A DNA stretch of 64,000 nt from Candidatus Thiodubiliella sp. (GCA_029237605.1 JAQRGB010000023.1:87425-151424); one strand, 5' to 3'. Counted from the first letter of the stretch, positions 22,125 to 34,283 are shown. Translations and numbers: made by a program. Notes: generated from the letters alone by a model not told the origin.

Positions 22125-22483
22125 ATTTAGAAGCTTTGCATTGCTGCCTATCAATAGAACTTTTTCTAATTAGAGGTGTGGTGTTGGTCTAAGGACAATC
22201 TTGAATAACCTAAAGCCATGTTTGATAAGATATTTGTTCTTAGCTCTGACAAACTTACGACATCGAAAATAAAAAGCAGTCAATCTTGTTACGTAAAAGC
22301 TTTGGATTAATATGGTGCTTTATTAATTAAATCCATAAAGATATCAATATTTTTAAAAGATTCCTTTTATCTTAAACATAGCGTTTTTATAGATGGAATT
22401 GTACAACTCTCTTATTACATTTTTTAGATTTGTACCTTTGTTAGCCAGACTCATTCTTGCCAATCCTAACAAAGATGTGGCTC
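22125..22483. repeat. 359-bp direct repeat, copy 2
   Basis: 357/359 identical to 14681..15039, same orientation. Confidence 0.95.
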
Positions 22484-22760
22484 TTTATTTTTAAACTCAT
22501 ATACTAAAAAATTTTTATCTTCAATCCCATAGTTAAAATAAACTAAATTAGAGTTTAGTTGAGCAAAATAGCTAGATAAGGGTATTTTTTATAAAATAAT
22601 TTATCTTTTTATAATACTTTTTAATAGACAAAAAAATAGACCCTGTATAAAGCCCTTGTTATGTAAGGAGTTATAGAGGATCTATTTCTAAAAGTTAGTA
22701 TTTAATTAACTTAGGTTAGTGGTTTGGTAATAATCACTTTTTTTATAAAAAACAATTTAC

Positions 22761-23360
22761 TTATAAATTGTCAGCATTCTTAGCTAGATACTGTGCCACG
22801 CCTTCTGGCGTCTCTTTCATACCTTCGTCTCCCTTGTTCCAACCAGCAGGACAGACTTCACCGTGCTTAGTATGAAAGTCAAGCGCATCAATCATGCGTA
22901 ACATTTCATCAACATCACGACCGAGTGGCAAATCATTTACTACTTGATGGCGTACATCAAAATTTTCATCGATTAAAAATGATGCGCGAAGTGCCAAACC
23001 TGCTGGATGAGCAATGCCATAAGAACACATAATCGAATGATTCACGTCGGCAACTAATGGAAAATCAATTTTTCCTAATCCTCCATCTTTAGGCGCTGTA
23101 TTTCTCCATGCATTATGAGTAAATTGTGAATCAATTGAAACACCAACTACTTCAACACCTTTTTCAGTGAACTGCGCCATACGATGGTGGTGTGCCAAAA
23201 TTTCTGACGGGCAAACAAAAGTGAAATCTAACGGGTAAAAAAACAACACAATTTTCTTACCTTTTAAGCTAGAAAGCGTAAAATTATCTACGATTAAACC
23301 ATCTGCCAATACCGCTGCAGAAGTAAAATCCGGCGCCTGTTGTGTTACTAAAATACTCAT
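22761..23360 (-). CDS. 2-Cys peroxiredoxin (AhpC/Tsa family)
   Basis: DFTFVCPSEI peroxidatic Cys and GEVCPAGW resolving Cys. Start placed at ATG 23360, preceded by GGAG; the ORF track extends to 23387. Confidence 0.9.
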   Translation of the reverse strand: MSILVTQQAPDFTSAAVLADGLIVDNFTLSSLKGKKIVLFFYPLDFTFVCPSEILAHHHRMAQFTEKGVEVVGVSIDSQFTHNAWRNTAPKDGGLGKIDFPLVADVNHSIMCSYGIAHPAGLALRASFLIDENFDVRHQVVNDLPLGRDVDEMLRMIDALDFHTKHGEVCPAGWNKGDEGMKETPEGVAQYLAKNADNL

Positions 23361-23445
23361 AATTTTCTCCAAAATAAAAAATTTCAATTATATAATAATA
23401 AAAGTCTTATTCGCACATATTTCAAATATATATTAAAATAATATA

Positions 23446-24846
23446 ATGCTTAAAATATATAATACCTTTAACAAACAAAAAGAAGAGTTTCAGCCAATAA
23501 ACCCAGAAAAGGTAGGGATGTATGTTTGTGGAATGACGGTATATGATTATTGTCATATTGGTCATGCCCGTGTATTGGTAATGTTTGATGTAATTACACG
23601 TCATTTGCGTCGCCATTTTACTCAAGTAGAATATGTGCGTAATATCACAGATATTGATGACAAAATCATAAAACGCGCCGTTAAAAACAAAGAAGATATT
23701 TACTCACTGACCAACAGGTTCATTGATGCTATGCATGAAGATGAGCTAGCACTCGGAATCTTGCCACCTGATATTGAGCCGCGCGCAACTGGTGCCATCG
23801 ACCAAATATTTTATATGATTGAGTCTTTAATTGAAAAAGACATCGCCTATCAATGTAAAAATGGCGATATATATTACTCAGTACGTAAGTTTAAAAATTA
23901 TGGAAAACTAAGTGGTAAAAACCTTGATGAACTTGAAGCTGGCATTAGAATTGAAGTTGAGACAAGCAAGCAAGACCCGTTAGATTTTGTGCTATGGAAA
24001 ATGGCAAAACCTAATGAACCAAGTTGGCAATCACCTTGGGGTAATGGTCGTCCAGGTTGGCATATCGAATGCTCAGCAATGTCATGCACTCACCTTGGCA
24101 AGCATTTCGATATTCATGGTGGTGGTATAGACTTAGCTTTTCCCCATCATGAAAATGAAATTGCACAATCTGAAGGTGCTAATAACTCAACTTTTGCCAA
24201 TATTTGGATGCATGTAGGGTTTGTAAATATTAACAACGAAAAAATGAGTAAATCGCTGAATAATTTTTTTACTATCCGTGGTGTATTGGAAAATTACAAT
24301 GGTGAGACTATACGCTACTTTATTATGAGTTCACATTATCGTAGCCCACTTAATTTTTCCAACGAAAACTTAGATAATGCTAAAGCATCTCTAACACGAC
24401 TATACACTGCTATACGCGGACTAAGTGCCTCAAAAGCAGCTACAACTGAGGTCTCACAGCGTTTTGATTATGAAGAACGACTAACAGCAGCATTAGATGA
24501 TGACTTTAATACGCCGATTGCACTTAGCCTTTTATTTGAACTCGCCAAAGTCGTCAACGTTGAGCGTAAAAAAGATATAGATCTAGCAAATGCCTTAGGC
24601 CAGCTACTTAAAAAACTTGGTAGCCATATTGGCATATTACAGACCAATGCTGATGAGTTTCTTAAGCAAGGCGTAAGCTTGTCCAATATACAAATTGATA
24701 ACAAAATTAAACAGCGTAATAAAGCTAGGAAGAATAAAAACTTTTGTACAACTCCTTGGCTCACAGAACGACATGGCTACGATCCGACTAAAGCAGGTAT
24801 TGTTTTAGAAGATGGCATAAGTGCAACAACATGGCGCAGAAAATAG
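23446..24846 (+). CDS. cysS: cysteine--tRNA ligase (C-terminal region contains adapter-derived codons)
   Basis: 466 aa with HIGH-type HIGHAR, KMSKS and C-terminal GIVLEDG..TTWRRK. The residues [15 protein letters not shown] come from the adapter. Confidence 0.9.
   Translation: MLKIYNTFNKQKEEFQPINPEKVGMYVCGMTVYDYCHIGHARVLVMFDVITRHLRRHFTQVEYVRNITDIDDKIIKRAVKNKEDIYSLTNRFIDAMHEDELALGILPPDIEPRATGAIDQIFYMIESLIEKDIAYQCKNGDIYYSVRKFKNYGKLSGKNLDELEAGIRIEVETSKQDPLDFVLWKMAKPNEPSWQSPWGNGRPGWHIECSAMSCTHLGKHFDIHGGGIDLAFPHHENEIAQSEGANNSTFANIWMHVGFVNINNEKMSKSLNNFFTIRGVLENYNGETIRYFIMSSHYRSPLNFSNENLDNAKASLTRLYTAIRGLSASKAATTEVSQRFDYEERLTAALDDDFNTPIALSLLFELAKVVNVERKKDIDLANALGQLLKKLGSHIGILQTNADEFLKQGVSLSNIQIDNKIKQRNKARKNKNFCTTPWLTERHGYDPTKAGIVLEDGISATTWRRK
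24749..24789 (-). other. MGI/BGI DNBSEQ adapter (41 of 42 nt of read-2 adapter, reverse complement)
   Basis: CAACTCCTTGGCTCACAGAACGACATGGCTACGATCCGACT. Confidence 0.92.
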
Positions 24847-25493
24847 ACTGGCAAAATATTGACACCATATTACTGGATATGGATGGCACCATATTAGACC
24901 TACATTTTGACTTACATTTTTGGATGGAATATATGCCTTTAATGTTTGCCAATAAGCATGGAATTACCCACGATGAAGCCAAAAACAAACTCTATCCAAT
25001 TCTACAAGCAGAAGAAGGCAAGCTACATTGGTATTGCCTAGATTATTGGCAGAAAAGACTACAATTAAATATTATAAGACTCAAAGAAGATGTGGCACAT
25101 TTAATACAAATTCATCCCTTTGTATTGGAGTTTTTAGAGCAAGCTAAAGCACATAAAAAACGCATTTACCTAGTGACTAATGCACATCAAAAAATACTTA
25201 AATTAAAAATGCGCATAACTAATTTAGAGTCTTATTTTGATGATATTATCTCTTCTCACGATTATAATGTTGCCAAAGAAAAACAAGAATTTTGGCAACA
25301 ATTAGAAGGTGAGATTAAATTTGATAAAATAAAAAGTATATTCTTTGACGACTCACTATCTGTCTTGAAATCTGCCAAACAATATGGCATCGGTACAATT
25401 ATTGCTATCAGCAAACCTAGCTCTAAAATAGACGCCAAAGAAGTGAAAGGCTTCACTAACATTGATACTTTTAAACACGCATTCATAAAGTAG
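24831..25493 (+). CDS. HAD-family hydrolase, GMP/IMP nucleotidase YrfG-like
   Basis: ILLDMDGTILDLHFDLHFW, HWYCLDYW and a DD motif FFDDS closely follow the YrfG pattern. Confidence 0.75.
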   Translation: MAQKIDWQNIDTILLDMDGTILDLHFDLHFWMEYMPLMFANKHGITHDEAKNKLYPILQAEEGKLHWYCLDYWQKRLQLNIIRLKEDVAHLIQIHPFVLEFLEQAKAHKKRIYLVTNAHQKILKLKMRITNLESYFDDIISSHDYNVAKEKQEFWQQLEGEIKFDKIKSIFFDDSLSVLKSAKQYGIGTIIAISKPSSKIDAKEVKGFTNIDTFKHAFIK

Positions 25494-25525
25494 CAACTTT
25501 GTAACGTCAAATCTATTTACAAATT

Positions 25526-26002
25526 ATGCAAAAATCTCTAAAAATTGGCATTATTTCAGATTCTCACGGCTGGATTCATCCAAACATTGTTAATCTAATA
25601 AACACCTGTGATCAAATTATTCATGCAGGTGATATTGTTGAAGAACAAACACTTAAAATACTCACTCGACCACTTACCGCTGTTCGGGGTAATAATGATA
25701 GACATATTAAACTAAAAGATATTGAAGTGCTATCATTGCCAGGAGGTAGGATAGCTATTGAACATGGGCATGAACATGGATGGAAATCTCCATCACACGA
25801 ATCTTTACGCCAAACCCACCCCAATATTAAAGTCATTGTTTATGGGCACACGCACAAACAAGTGATCGACACAAAATATAGCCCTTGGATAGTTAATCCA
25901 GGTGCATCTGGTGTAGTGCGCAATGGCGGTAGTTCTAAATGTTTGATACTCAACATAAGTAATACACAACATTGGCAAATCACCCCATATCAATTTCAAT
26001 AA
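25526..26002 (+). CDS. metallophosphoesterase (YfcE/MJ0936 family)
   Basis: IGIISDSHG, HAGD, GNND, GHTH and GS motifs in the canonical order. Confidence 0.8.
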   Translation: MQKSLKIGIISDSHGWIHPNIVNLINTCDQIIHAGDIVEEQTLKILTRPLTAVRGNNDRHIKLKDIEVLSLPGGRIAIEHGHEHGWKSPSHESLRQTHPNIKVIVYGHTHKQVIDTKYSPWIVNPGASGVVRNGGSSKCLILNISNTQHWQITPYQFQ

Positions 26003-26214
26003 GACTTTATTTAAAATTACTATAAGAATATATCTATAAATACAAGGTGAAAATATTAGCTTATTGCTTGATAGCTAACCATGTTAATATTAAATTAATT
26101 TCTCAAAAATTAACATCTGATACTTGCGTGTATTAACCTTGTATTTTTAACCACTTTTTTAGTATAATAAACGAAACGAAGTTACTTACTATTTTTTCAA
26201 AATAACCAAAAGAA

Positions 26215-27126
26215 ATGTCGAATTATATAGAGTCAATGCAAAAATTGTTTAACGAACATTCATATGGATTGGAGTTTGCTACAGAGATTAGTAAAATTGC
26301 TAAAGAAGGTGATAATAAGGCGTTGAGAAATGGTATTGAAAAAATCAAGAAATACAATACAGAAGAGCTTGAACTTCATTTTCAATATGAAGAACAGGCT
26401 ATTTTAGGTCCATTAATCAAAAACTACCCAGAACACATTGAGCTATGTGTTGCTATTGGTAAAGAGCATGGTTATATCAGGTCATTAGTAGAAAATATGA
26501 GCATAGAAACGGCGAGAAAAGATTTGGCTGATTTTGGGCATATTTTAAATACACATACCTTGCTGGAAAATGAAAAATTATTCCCTATTATTAAGAAATC
26601 ATTCACGACAGAGCAATTGAATGTTATCGCAAATTTTATTCCACTTCAGAGTAAATCTATATCTGATAAATCATGGTTGGTCAGTAACTCTAAAAACTCT
26701 AATGGTAGGCAAAATTGGTTATTAAATGTATTGGAATTTTACAATGATGCAGGCAAGAAAGGTGGTAGTATCATATTACTTCCTAAATTTGATCCTGGGA
26801 TTATCGAAAAAATTGCAAATCAAACAGGGCTGGAATTTTTTAATTATCAACAAGAGATTATGCAAGAATATGGTCAAGATGCAGACAGCATAAGTCTTAA
26901 TCAGTTAAAACATGACTTGCGTAATAGAGCAAAACATAATGGTATCGTTGCACATAATGTTGAGGCATTATTGTGTGTAAAGTCTGAGCAAGAAAGACGA
27001 GATTGGTTACAGGAATTTTTGAATGTAGATTGGCCAAATCCAATATTTATACCAATTACCATTTTTCAAGCTGATGTACCTAATGAGCATCACAAAATAT
27101 GCGATTTAGAGCTCCACAAAATATAA
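26215..27126 (+). CDS. hypothetical protein, N-terminal hemerythrin-like region
   Basis: 303 aa. Two H-x3-EE...LFP-type segments (LHFQYEEQAILGPL, HTLLENEKLFPII). C-terminal half has no recognisable motifs. Confidence 0.4.
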   Translation: MSNYIESMQKLFNEHSYGLEFATEISKIAKEGDNKALRNGIEKIKKYNTEELELHFQYEEQAILGPLIKNYPEHIELCVAIGKEHGYIRSLVENMSIETARKDLADFGHILNTHTLLENEKLFPIIKKSFTTEQLNVIANFIPLQSKSISDKSWLVSNSKNSNGRQNWLLNVLEFYNDAGKKGGSIILLPKFDPGIIEKIANQTGLEFFNYQQEIMQEYGQDADSISLNQLKHDLRNRAKHNGIVAHNVEALLCVKSEQERRDWLQEFLNVDWPNPIFIPITIFQADVPNEHHKICDLELHKI

Positions 27127-27207
27127 AGAGCACATCCACATTTCAAGAGGCACTATCACCTATAATTTTCACTAGCATTGATAAATATAACACAACGCCA
27201 TATACTT

Positions 27208-27235
27208 AAGTCGGAGGCCAAGCGGTCTTAGGAAG
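27208..27235 (+). other. MGI/BGI adapter fragment (first 28 nt of read-1 adapter), intergenic
   Basis: AAGTCGGAGGCCAAGCGGTCTTAGGAAG. Confidence 0.9.
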
Positions 27236-27501
27236 TATTTTTTTTATAAATAAAAAAGAAATACTAAGCGTATTTTTAAACTTATCAAAAACTTCAAATG
27301 AGATTATTAATAACCTAATACTTTTTCAAAGTCATTTAATATTATCCATAATGTCGATAATTAGATTAATGTATACCTATTGTATAACAAATTAATGCAT
27401 GAATATATGGACTATGCCTAGTAATTATTTGAACATTTATTAACCTTAAGTGTGTTTTAAAAGTATAATTAATAATTTTTATAAGTCAAAAGGATGTAAT
27501 A

Positions 27502-28740
27502 ATGAAAAATGCTTTTTATGCACAATCTGGTGGTGTAACAGCCGTAATTAATGCTTCTGCTTGTGGTGTTATTGAAACAGCACGTAGACACCCAGACAAA
27601 ATCGGAACTGTATATGCGGGGCAAAATGGTATTATCGGTGCACTAACTGAAAATCTAATTGATACTTCTAAAGAATCTGAGAATGATATTTCGGCATTAA
27701 AATACACTCCTTCTGGTTGCTTTGGCTCATGCCGTTATAAGATGAAATCCTTAGAAGACAATAAAGCAGAATACGAAAGACTGATCGAGGTATTTAAGGC
27801 ACACAATATTGGTTACTTTTTCTACAATGGTGGTGGTGACTCAGCAGACACTTGTTTGAAAGTTTCTCAATTATCAGAGTCTATGGGCTTCCCAATCCAA
27901 GCAATTCATGTACCAAAAACAGTTGACAACGATTTACCAGTAACTGATAACTGCCCAGGTTTTGGTTCAGTGGCAAAATATATCGCAGTTTCTACAATGG
28001 AAGCAAGCTTCGATGTTGCTTCTATGTGTGCGACTTCTACTAAAATTTTTGTACTAGAAGTTATGGGTCGTCATGCTGGTTGGATTGCAGCAGCAGGTGG
28101 ATTAGTTGATAGCTCAATTCCTGTAGTTATCTTATTTCCAGAAATTGATTTTAATGAAGATAAATTCCTAGCAAAAGTAGATAGTAATGTTAAAGAATTT
28201 GGCTACTGCACAATTGTCGTTTCTGAAGGTACTAAATGGGCAGATGGTCACTTCCTTGCTGAGCAAGGCACTAGAGATGATTTTGGTCACGCACAACTAG
28301 GTGGCGCAGCGCCAGTTGTTGCTAACCTTATTAAAGACTCATTAGGTCACAAATACCACTGGGCCGTTGCAGATTACTTGCAGCGTGCTGCTCGCCACTT
28401 ATCTTCCAAGTCTGATGTTGAGCAGGCTTACGCATTAGGTGAAGCCGCAGTTAACCTAGCAATAGAAGGTAAAAATTCAGCGATGCCTGCGGTTATTCGA
28501 ACTTCAAATAACCCTTATACTTGGAAAATAGGTTCAGGCGAATTAAAAGACATTGCCAACGTTGAAAAAATGATGCCAATGGAATATATTTCTGACGATG
28601 GCTTTGGCATTACTGATGCGTGTCGTGAATATTTACAACCACTTATAGAAGGCGAAGACTATCCACCATACAAAAATGGTTTGCCTGACTATATAGTAAT
28701 GAAAAAAGAGATGGTAGAAAAAAATTACCATCATTTGTAA
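27502..28740 (+). CDS. pfp: 6-phosphofructokinase, probably pyrophosphate-dependent
   Basis: 412 aa with SGGVTAVINA, GGGDSA (Asp at the position that discriminates PPi- from ATP-type enzymes), PKTVDNDL and MGRHAGW. An H+-PPase gene lies nearby. Confidence 0.8.
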   Translation: MKNAFYAQSGGVTAVINASACGVIETARRHPDKIGTVYAGQNGIIGALTENLIDTSKESENDISALKYTPSGCFGSCRYKMKSLEDNKAEYERLIEVFKAHNIGYFFYNGGGDSADTCLKVSQLSESMGFPIQAIHVPKTVDNDLPVTDNCPGFGSVAKYIAVSTMEASFDVASMCATSTKIFVLEVMGRHAGWIAAAGGLVDSSIPVVILFPEIDFNEDKFLAKVDSNVKEFGYCTIVVSEGTKWADGHFLAEQGTRDDFGHAQLGGAAPVVANLIKDSLGHKYHWAVADYLQRAARHLSSKSDVEQAYALGEAAVNLAIEGKNSAMPAVIRTSNNPYTWKIGSGELKDIANVEKMMPMEYISDDGFGITDACREYLQPLIEGEDYPPYKNGLPDYIVMKKEMVEKNYHHL

Positions 28741-28745
28741 TTTAA

Positions 28746-29405
<660 letters not shown>

Positions 29406-29566
29406 AAAATTAACTTTAGCTTACTATTAACTTTAGTAGTTAAATACTATGTGTTTAATAATTTAAGAAAATTTTTTGATCAAGGGATGAATTATAGTGA
29501 ATGATCTAGTCTTTCGTAAAATAAACAAATCTTCTTTATTAATAATCTCTTAAAAAGGATAATAAT

Positions 29567-30721
29567 ATGTTAGTCGGTCCAAGAGAAATTACTGTCCCTT
29601 TCCGTCCTATTCCACTAGATGTGCCTAAAGGAATGAAGCCTAATGAATTTTTTAATTCATCTGAAAATTTAATGGACTTAGAAAGAAATAATGGTCTACT
29701 AATCAATAACGAAGATTTATTACTTTATCGCAAAGCTTTAGGACATTCTAATGAGTTTGATTGTTCAATTATCCACAATACTTCAAAAAGCATATTAAAT
29801 CCATTAGGTCGCCCAGTGCGTCGTACACAGGTGCCAGAAAATATTCTCAATACGTGGAATAGAATGAACCAAATTATTATTAATTTTATGTTGGAAGAAT
29901 ATCCTAACCCAGCCAAACATTTACTGCTTTGCGGCGAGGCCTCACTTGATCCAACTTGGCCGATTACATCACCTGGTGTGCCTAGTATTCGTATGTTACA
30001 TAACCACTTTATCGTATTTGATAAAATCGAACTTGAAAATGCTAAGCTGGCTGATAACAACAACCCAAATCTCACCGATGGCGGGCAGCATTCACTATTT
30101 GCTACTTATATGCAAGATATTTACACAAAATTTTTAGCATTATTAGATTTAGAAATACTTAAGCCTATACCTATCAAATCTTCTTCTTTAAGGCTTACTG
30201 GATACCCTCAAGGACTACCAAGCTGGGAAGTAATTGGCGGTATTGATAGTCTAAAAAGCATCCATTTCTGGAAGGAATATGATAATATCTTAAAAGGTTT
30301 TTTAGACTTCTACCGCACATTTTTTGCACAAGTATCAAGCATAAGCTCTGGTGTGCCTAAAAATGTCTATTTTGGTAAAGAAATCGAAAAAACATTACTA
30401 TTCAATAATTGCTTTCTGTCTGCTGCAAAAAAAGTACGTAATAAGTGTATAAACGATACTAGATATGCCACTAATATTCGTTGGCAGCCTGCATTTAAGC
30501 AAATCATATATCGTAATGATAAGGGCAAACTAATTGTTACTATCTCACAAAACTCTATTGGCAATGCTATTACTGAACTATTAGGTGTGGTGGTTAACCG
30601 TACACCTAATGCTGAAGCTTACGAAAAATCTGAAGGTGCATTGATTAACAAACTACTTAAACTACGCTCAAGATTAATTGAAGCAGGTTTGGGGCATGAG
30701 ATAAAAACCCAATATTGGTAA
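29567..30721 (+). CDS. hypothetical protein (384 aa)
   Basis: Long intact ORF between adk and hppA. Only a weak HIT-like H-x-H-hydrophobic stretch (MLHNHFIVFD). No confident family. Confidence 0.45.
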   Translation: MLVGPREITVPFRPIPLDVPKGMKPNEFFNSSENLMDLERNNGLLINNEDLLLYRKALGHSNEFDCSIIHNTSKSILNPLGRPVRRTQVPENILNTWNRMNQIIINFMLEEYPNPAKHLLLCGEASLDPTWPITSPGVPSIRMLHNHFIVFDKIELENAKLADNNNPNLTDGGQHSLFATYMQDIYTKFLALLDLEILKPIPIKSSSLRLTGYPQGLPSWEVIGGIDSLKSIHFWKEYDNILKGFLDFYRTFFAQVSSISSGVPKNVYFGKEIEKTLLFNNCFLSAAKKVRNKCINDTRYATNIRWQPAFKQIIYRNDKGKLIVTISQNSIGNAITELLGVVVNRTPNAEAYEKSEGALINKLLKLRSRLIEAGLGHEIKTQYW

Positions 30722-30874
30722 TTTCTATCAGCCAAGATGACGCCTAACGTGTAATTTCTTTATAGAAAAATTAAGCACTCTTATTCTAACGGCAACAATT
30801 CATAAAAATATCCTTTATAATTGCCATCGTGGCAATTTTGCTTAATTTTACAAACATAATTTAGGAGATTATTA

Positions 30875-32860
30875 ATGGATGTACTAACAATGTCAATTGG
30901 TGTTTCAATTATAGCTGTTATATACGGTCTAATCACAATCAAATGGATTAACAAACAATCCCCTGGCTCTGATAAAATGAGGAAAATTTCAGATGCAATT
31001 TCAGAAGGTGCGAAGGCTTACTTAAACCGTCAATATTCAACAATTGGCATGGTTGGTGTGTGTTTATTTATTATCATTACTTATTTCTTAGGTATGGCAG
31101 TTGGTCTTGGATTTTTAATTGGCGCAATATTATCAGGTGCTACTGGTTATATTGGTATGAATGTATCCGTCAAATCAAACTCGCGTACAGCAGAAGCCGC
31201 TAAAAACGGTATGAATGCCGCCTTCCAGGTTGCCTTCAAAGGTGGTGCAGTAACTGGTATGTTAGTTGTTGGTTTGGCTCTGCTAGGTGTCTCTGGTTTT
31301 TATAAAGGAATGCTTATTTATGGATTATCACAAACAGATTCGCTTTATGCATTGATTGGACTTGCTTTTGGTGGTTCCTTAATCTCAATTTTTGCTCGTT
31401 TAGGTGGTGGTATTTTTACCAAAGGTGCTGATGTTGGCGCTGATATTGTTGGTAAAGTTGAAGCTGGAATTCCTGAAGATGATCCACGTAACCCTGCCGT
31501 GATTGCTGATAATGTAGGTGACAACGTTGGTGATTGTGCAGGCATGGCTGCTGATTTATTTGAGACTTATGCAGTTACCATTGTGGCAACTATGATGCTT
31601 GGTGGAATTCTTACAGAATTACCTGAAAATGCTGTACTTTATCCATTGGCACTTGGCGCAGTATCTATTATTGCTTCGATTATAGGCACATACTTTGTCA
31701 AAGTATCTGATGGTGGTTCTATTATGGGTGCACTTTATAAAGGTTTAATTGCCTCTGCTATTTTGGCAGCTATCGCTTTTTATTATGTAACGATTGACAT
31801 GAATATGGGTATGAATTTATTTTATGCTTCGTTAATTGGCTTAATATTAACGGCAACAATGGTTGTGGTTACTGAATATTACACTTCAACAGAATATTCA
31901 CCTGTACAGCATATTGCTAATGCATCGCTTACAGGCGATGGCACTAATGTAATTGCTGGCTTAGGTCTGTCAATGAAATCCACTGCATTGCCAGTATTGG
32001 CAGTATGCATTAGCATTTGGGGGGCGTATACATTAGGTGATTTATACGGCATTGCTATTGCTGCAACTTCCATGTTATCGATGACAGGAGTAATTGTAGC
32101 ACTTGATGCTTATGGTCCAATTACTGATAATGCAGGCGGTATCGCTGAGATGGCAGAATTACCTGAAGAAATTCGCAATATTACTGACCCGTTAGATGCA
32201 GTTGGTAACACAACTAAAGCAGTAACTAAAGGTTATGCGATTGGCTCAGCTGGTTTAGCTGCTTTAGTATTGTTTGCCGATTTTACCCATTCTTTACCGA
32301 ATGAGACTTTCTTTAATTTATCTGACCATAGGGTAATTATTGGTTTATTTCTAGGTGGCTTAGTGCCTTATTTATTTGGCGCTATGGCAATGGAAGCAGT
32401 TGGACGTGCAGCTAGTGGCATTGTTAATGAAGTGCGTAGACAATTTAGAGAAATACCAGGTATTATGGATTATTCACAGAAGCCTGACTACTCTAAGGCA
32501 GTAGATATGCTGACTAAGGCTGCTATCAAAGAAATGATCGTACCATCTATATTGCCAATTCTTTTTCCAGTTGTGGTTGGTTTATTGCTCGGCGCTGAAG
32601 CGCTAGGTGGTTTATTAATCGGATCAATTACAACTGGTATTTTTGTTGCTATCTCAATGACAACTGGTGGTGGTGCTTGGGATAATGCCAAGAAATATAT
32701 AGAAGATGGCAATTGTGGTGGCAAAGGTTCGGACGCCCACAAGGCTGCTATTACTGGCGATACTGTAGGAGACCCATATAAGGATACGGCTGGTCCTGCT
32801 ATTAATCCACTTATCAAAATTATGAATATTGTTGCGATTATGATTATTCCATTATTATAA
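30875..32860 (+). CDS. hppA: membrane-bound proton-translocating pyrophosphatase
   Basis: 661 aa, about 16 TM helices, with [33 protein letters not shown] and [14 protein letters not shown]. Confidence 0.93.
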   Translation: MDVLTMSIGVSIIAVIYGLITIKWINKQSPGSDKMRKISDAISEGAKAYLNRQYSTIGMVGVCLFIIITYFLGMAVGLGFLIGAILSGATGYIGMNVSVKSNSRTAEAAKNGMNAAFQVAFKGGAVTGMLVVGLALLGVSGFYKGMLIYGLSQTDSLYALIGLAFGGSLISIFARLGGGIFTKGADVGADIVGKVEAGIPEDDPRNPAVIADNVGDNVGDCAGMAADLFETYAVTIVATMMLGGILTELPENAVLYPLALGAVSIIASIIGTYFVKVSDGGSIMGALYKGLIASAILAAIAFYYVTIDMNMGMNLFYASLIGLILTATMVVVTEYYTSTEYSPVQHIANASLTGDGTNVIAGLGLSMKSTALPVLAVCISIWGAYTLGDLYGIAIAATSMLSMTGVIVALDAYGPITDNAGGIAEMAELPEEIRNITDPLDAVGNTTKAVTKGYAIGSAGLAALVLFADFTHSLPNETFFNLSDHRVIIGLFLGGLVPYLFGAMAMEAVGRAASGIVNEVRRQFREIPGIMDYSQKPDYSKAVDMLTKAAIKEMIVPSILPILFPVVVGLLLGAEALGGLLIGSITTGIFVAISMTTGGGAWDNAKKYIEDGNCGGKGSDAHKAAITGDTVGDPYKDTAGPAINPLIKIMNIVAIMIIPLL

Positions 32861-33920
32861 AGCTTTAACTCAATAATTAAAAAAACAAGTTAAAGTAAAA
32901 TGTATACTAATGGATAGCGCTGTTCTTCATAACGCTATTATCCATAGAACTGAATGGATTTCAACAGAAAAAGAAATGTGGAATAGAGAAAACTTATAAA
33001 TACAGGCAAGCTTTGTCGTATACTTGTATTTTTAGATAAAAATCTGGAAAGAAAAAAGAAAAGCCGTGGAATTCTATTAAATATTTACCCTCTATAGCAT
33101 ATTTAGCAAAAAAAAACAACATATTGATACTATGGGCTTCTGAAAAAACAAAAGAGTCAATAGCAAGTAGATTAGTGAGATAGGCTGGTTCTGGACTTCA
33201 AGGTATAAAGGCTTGATGCCATAAAAAAATATTAATCATCCTATGGCTTTAAGTAGTTGAGAGAATATCGACTATAAAAATAAAAAAATAATTGGTTTGT
33301 ATTAATTATTAGTTAAAACTTTAGGAAAAAATAACTTACAAGACGTATGGCATATTACAGTTGCTAACGATAACGACTGTTATTGTTTTTTTAACTATAG
33401 ATTGTAAATTAATTTCAAATATTGAAGTACAAAATATTAAGTTGCTAAAGACAAAAATAATAACGCCAGCAACATTTACTAAAACTTTCGATGTTGTTGC
33501 AATTAAACTATAAACATCTTTCTTATTATGACGCACCTTTCTTCGTTGAGCCTAATCTTTCTATATCTAAGTTAATAAGAGAAAATAAGAAAGATAAAGT
33601 GTGAATAACACACCCAAAATAAACCGTTCTATCAGTTCCACATACTGCCAAAACCAATCATGCTCAATGCGTGAGTAGTTTTGACTTTTTTCTCATATAA
33701 AAAATTATTAAAGCAATATTAACGAAGCGTAGTGGCTGTATTTACGTTGTTTGAGCATTAGCGTGAATTTAACAAGTACAATGTAGTGAACTTATGATAC
33801 TTTATATGGTTTATATGGTTTTTATAAGATGATTTATATTCTTTTTAGATACTTTTTTTTTCTAGACAAGTAGTGAAAAGGCAGAAACTACTAAGTAGTA
33901 AAATGTCTTTTTATCAGATA

Positions 33921-34265
33921 TCACTCCTTATTGATTTCTACTTTCAGACCCTTGGTGTTTTTTGATAGTGAAAAATCTGCTTGTGCTTTCATTATGGAGT
34001 CAACACATTCATCTAAATCATTATAGTCATCTATACCTGTATCAAAACGCTTGTCGCGCATAAAGTAAAACATATTTTTATAAATAAAAGCTGCCATTTT
34101 TATAATAACAAATGTATAGTAGGTGTCTTCCCAAATTGCCGCAGGTTTTTCTATACCACCTACCTCAATATCACCCATATGAACACCATGATTTCCATTT
34201 TTCCAGCGACCATCAACATGCTTCTTAATTATATCAATTTCAAATTGTGTGAAGTCTATTTCCAT
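33921..34265 (-). CDS. hypothetical protein (114 aa)
   Basis: Intact ORF co-directional with slyD-like gene, 18 nt downstream of it. No family recognised. Confidence 0.35.
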   Translation of the reverse strand: MEIDFTQFEIDIIKKHVDGRWKNGNHGVHMGDIEVGGIEKPAAIWEDTYYTFVIIKMAAFIYKNMFYFMRDKRFDTGIDDYNDLDECVDSIMKAQADFSLSKNTKGLKVEINKE

Positions 34266-34283
34266 GATAATATAAAAATAGTA

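Noticed and set aside
33336-33536. 66-aa ORF in the 1-kb non-coding stretch after hppA.
   Set aside because: It is short and isolated in AT-rich DNA, with no recognisable motif.
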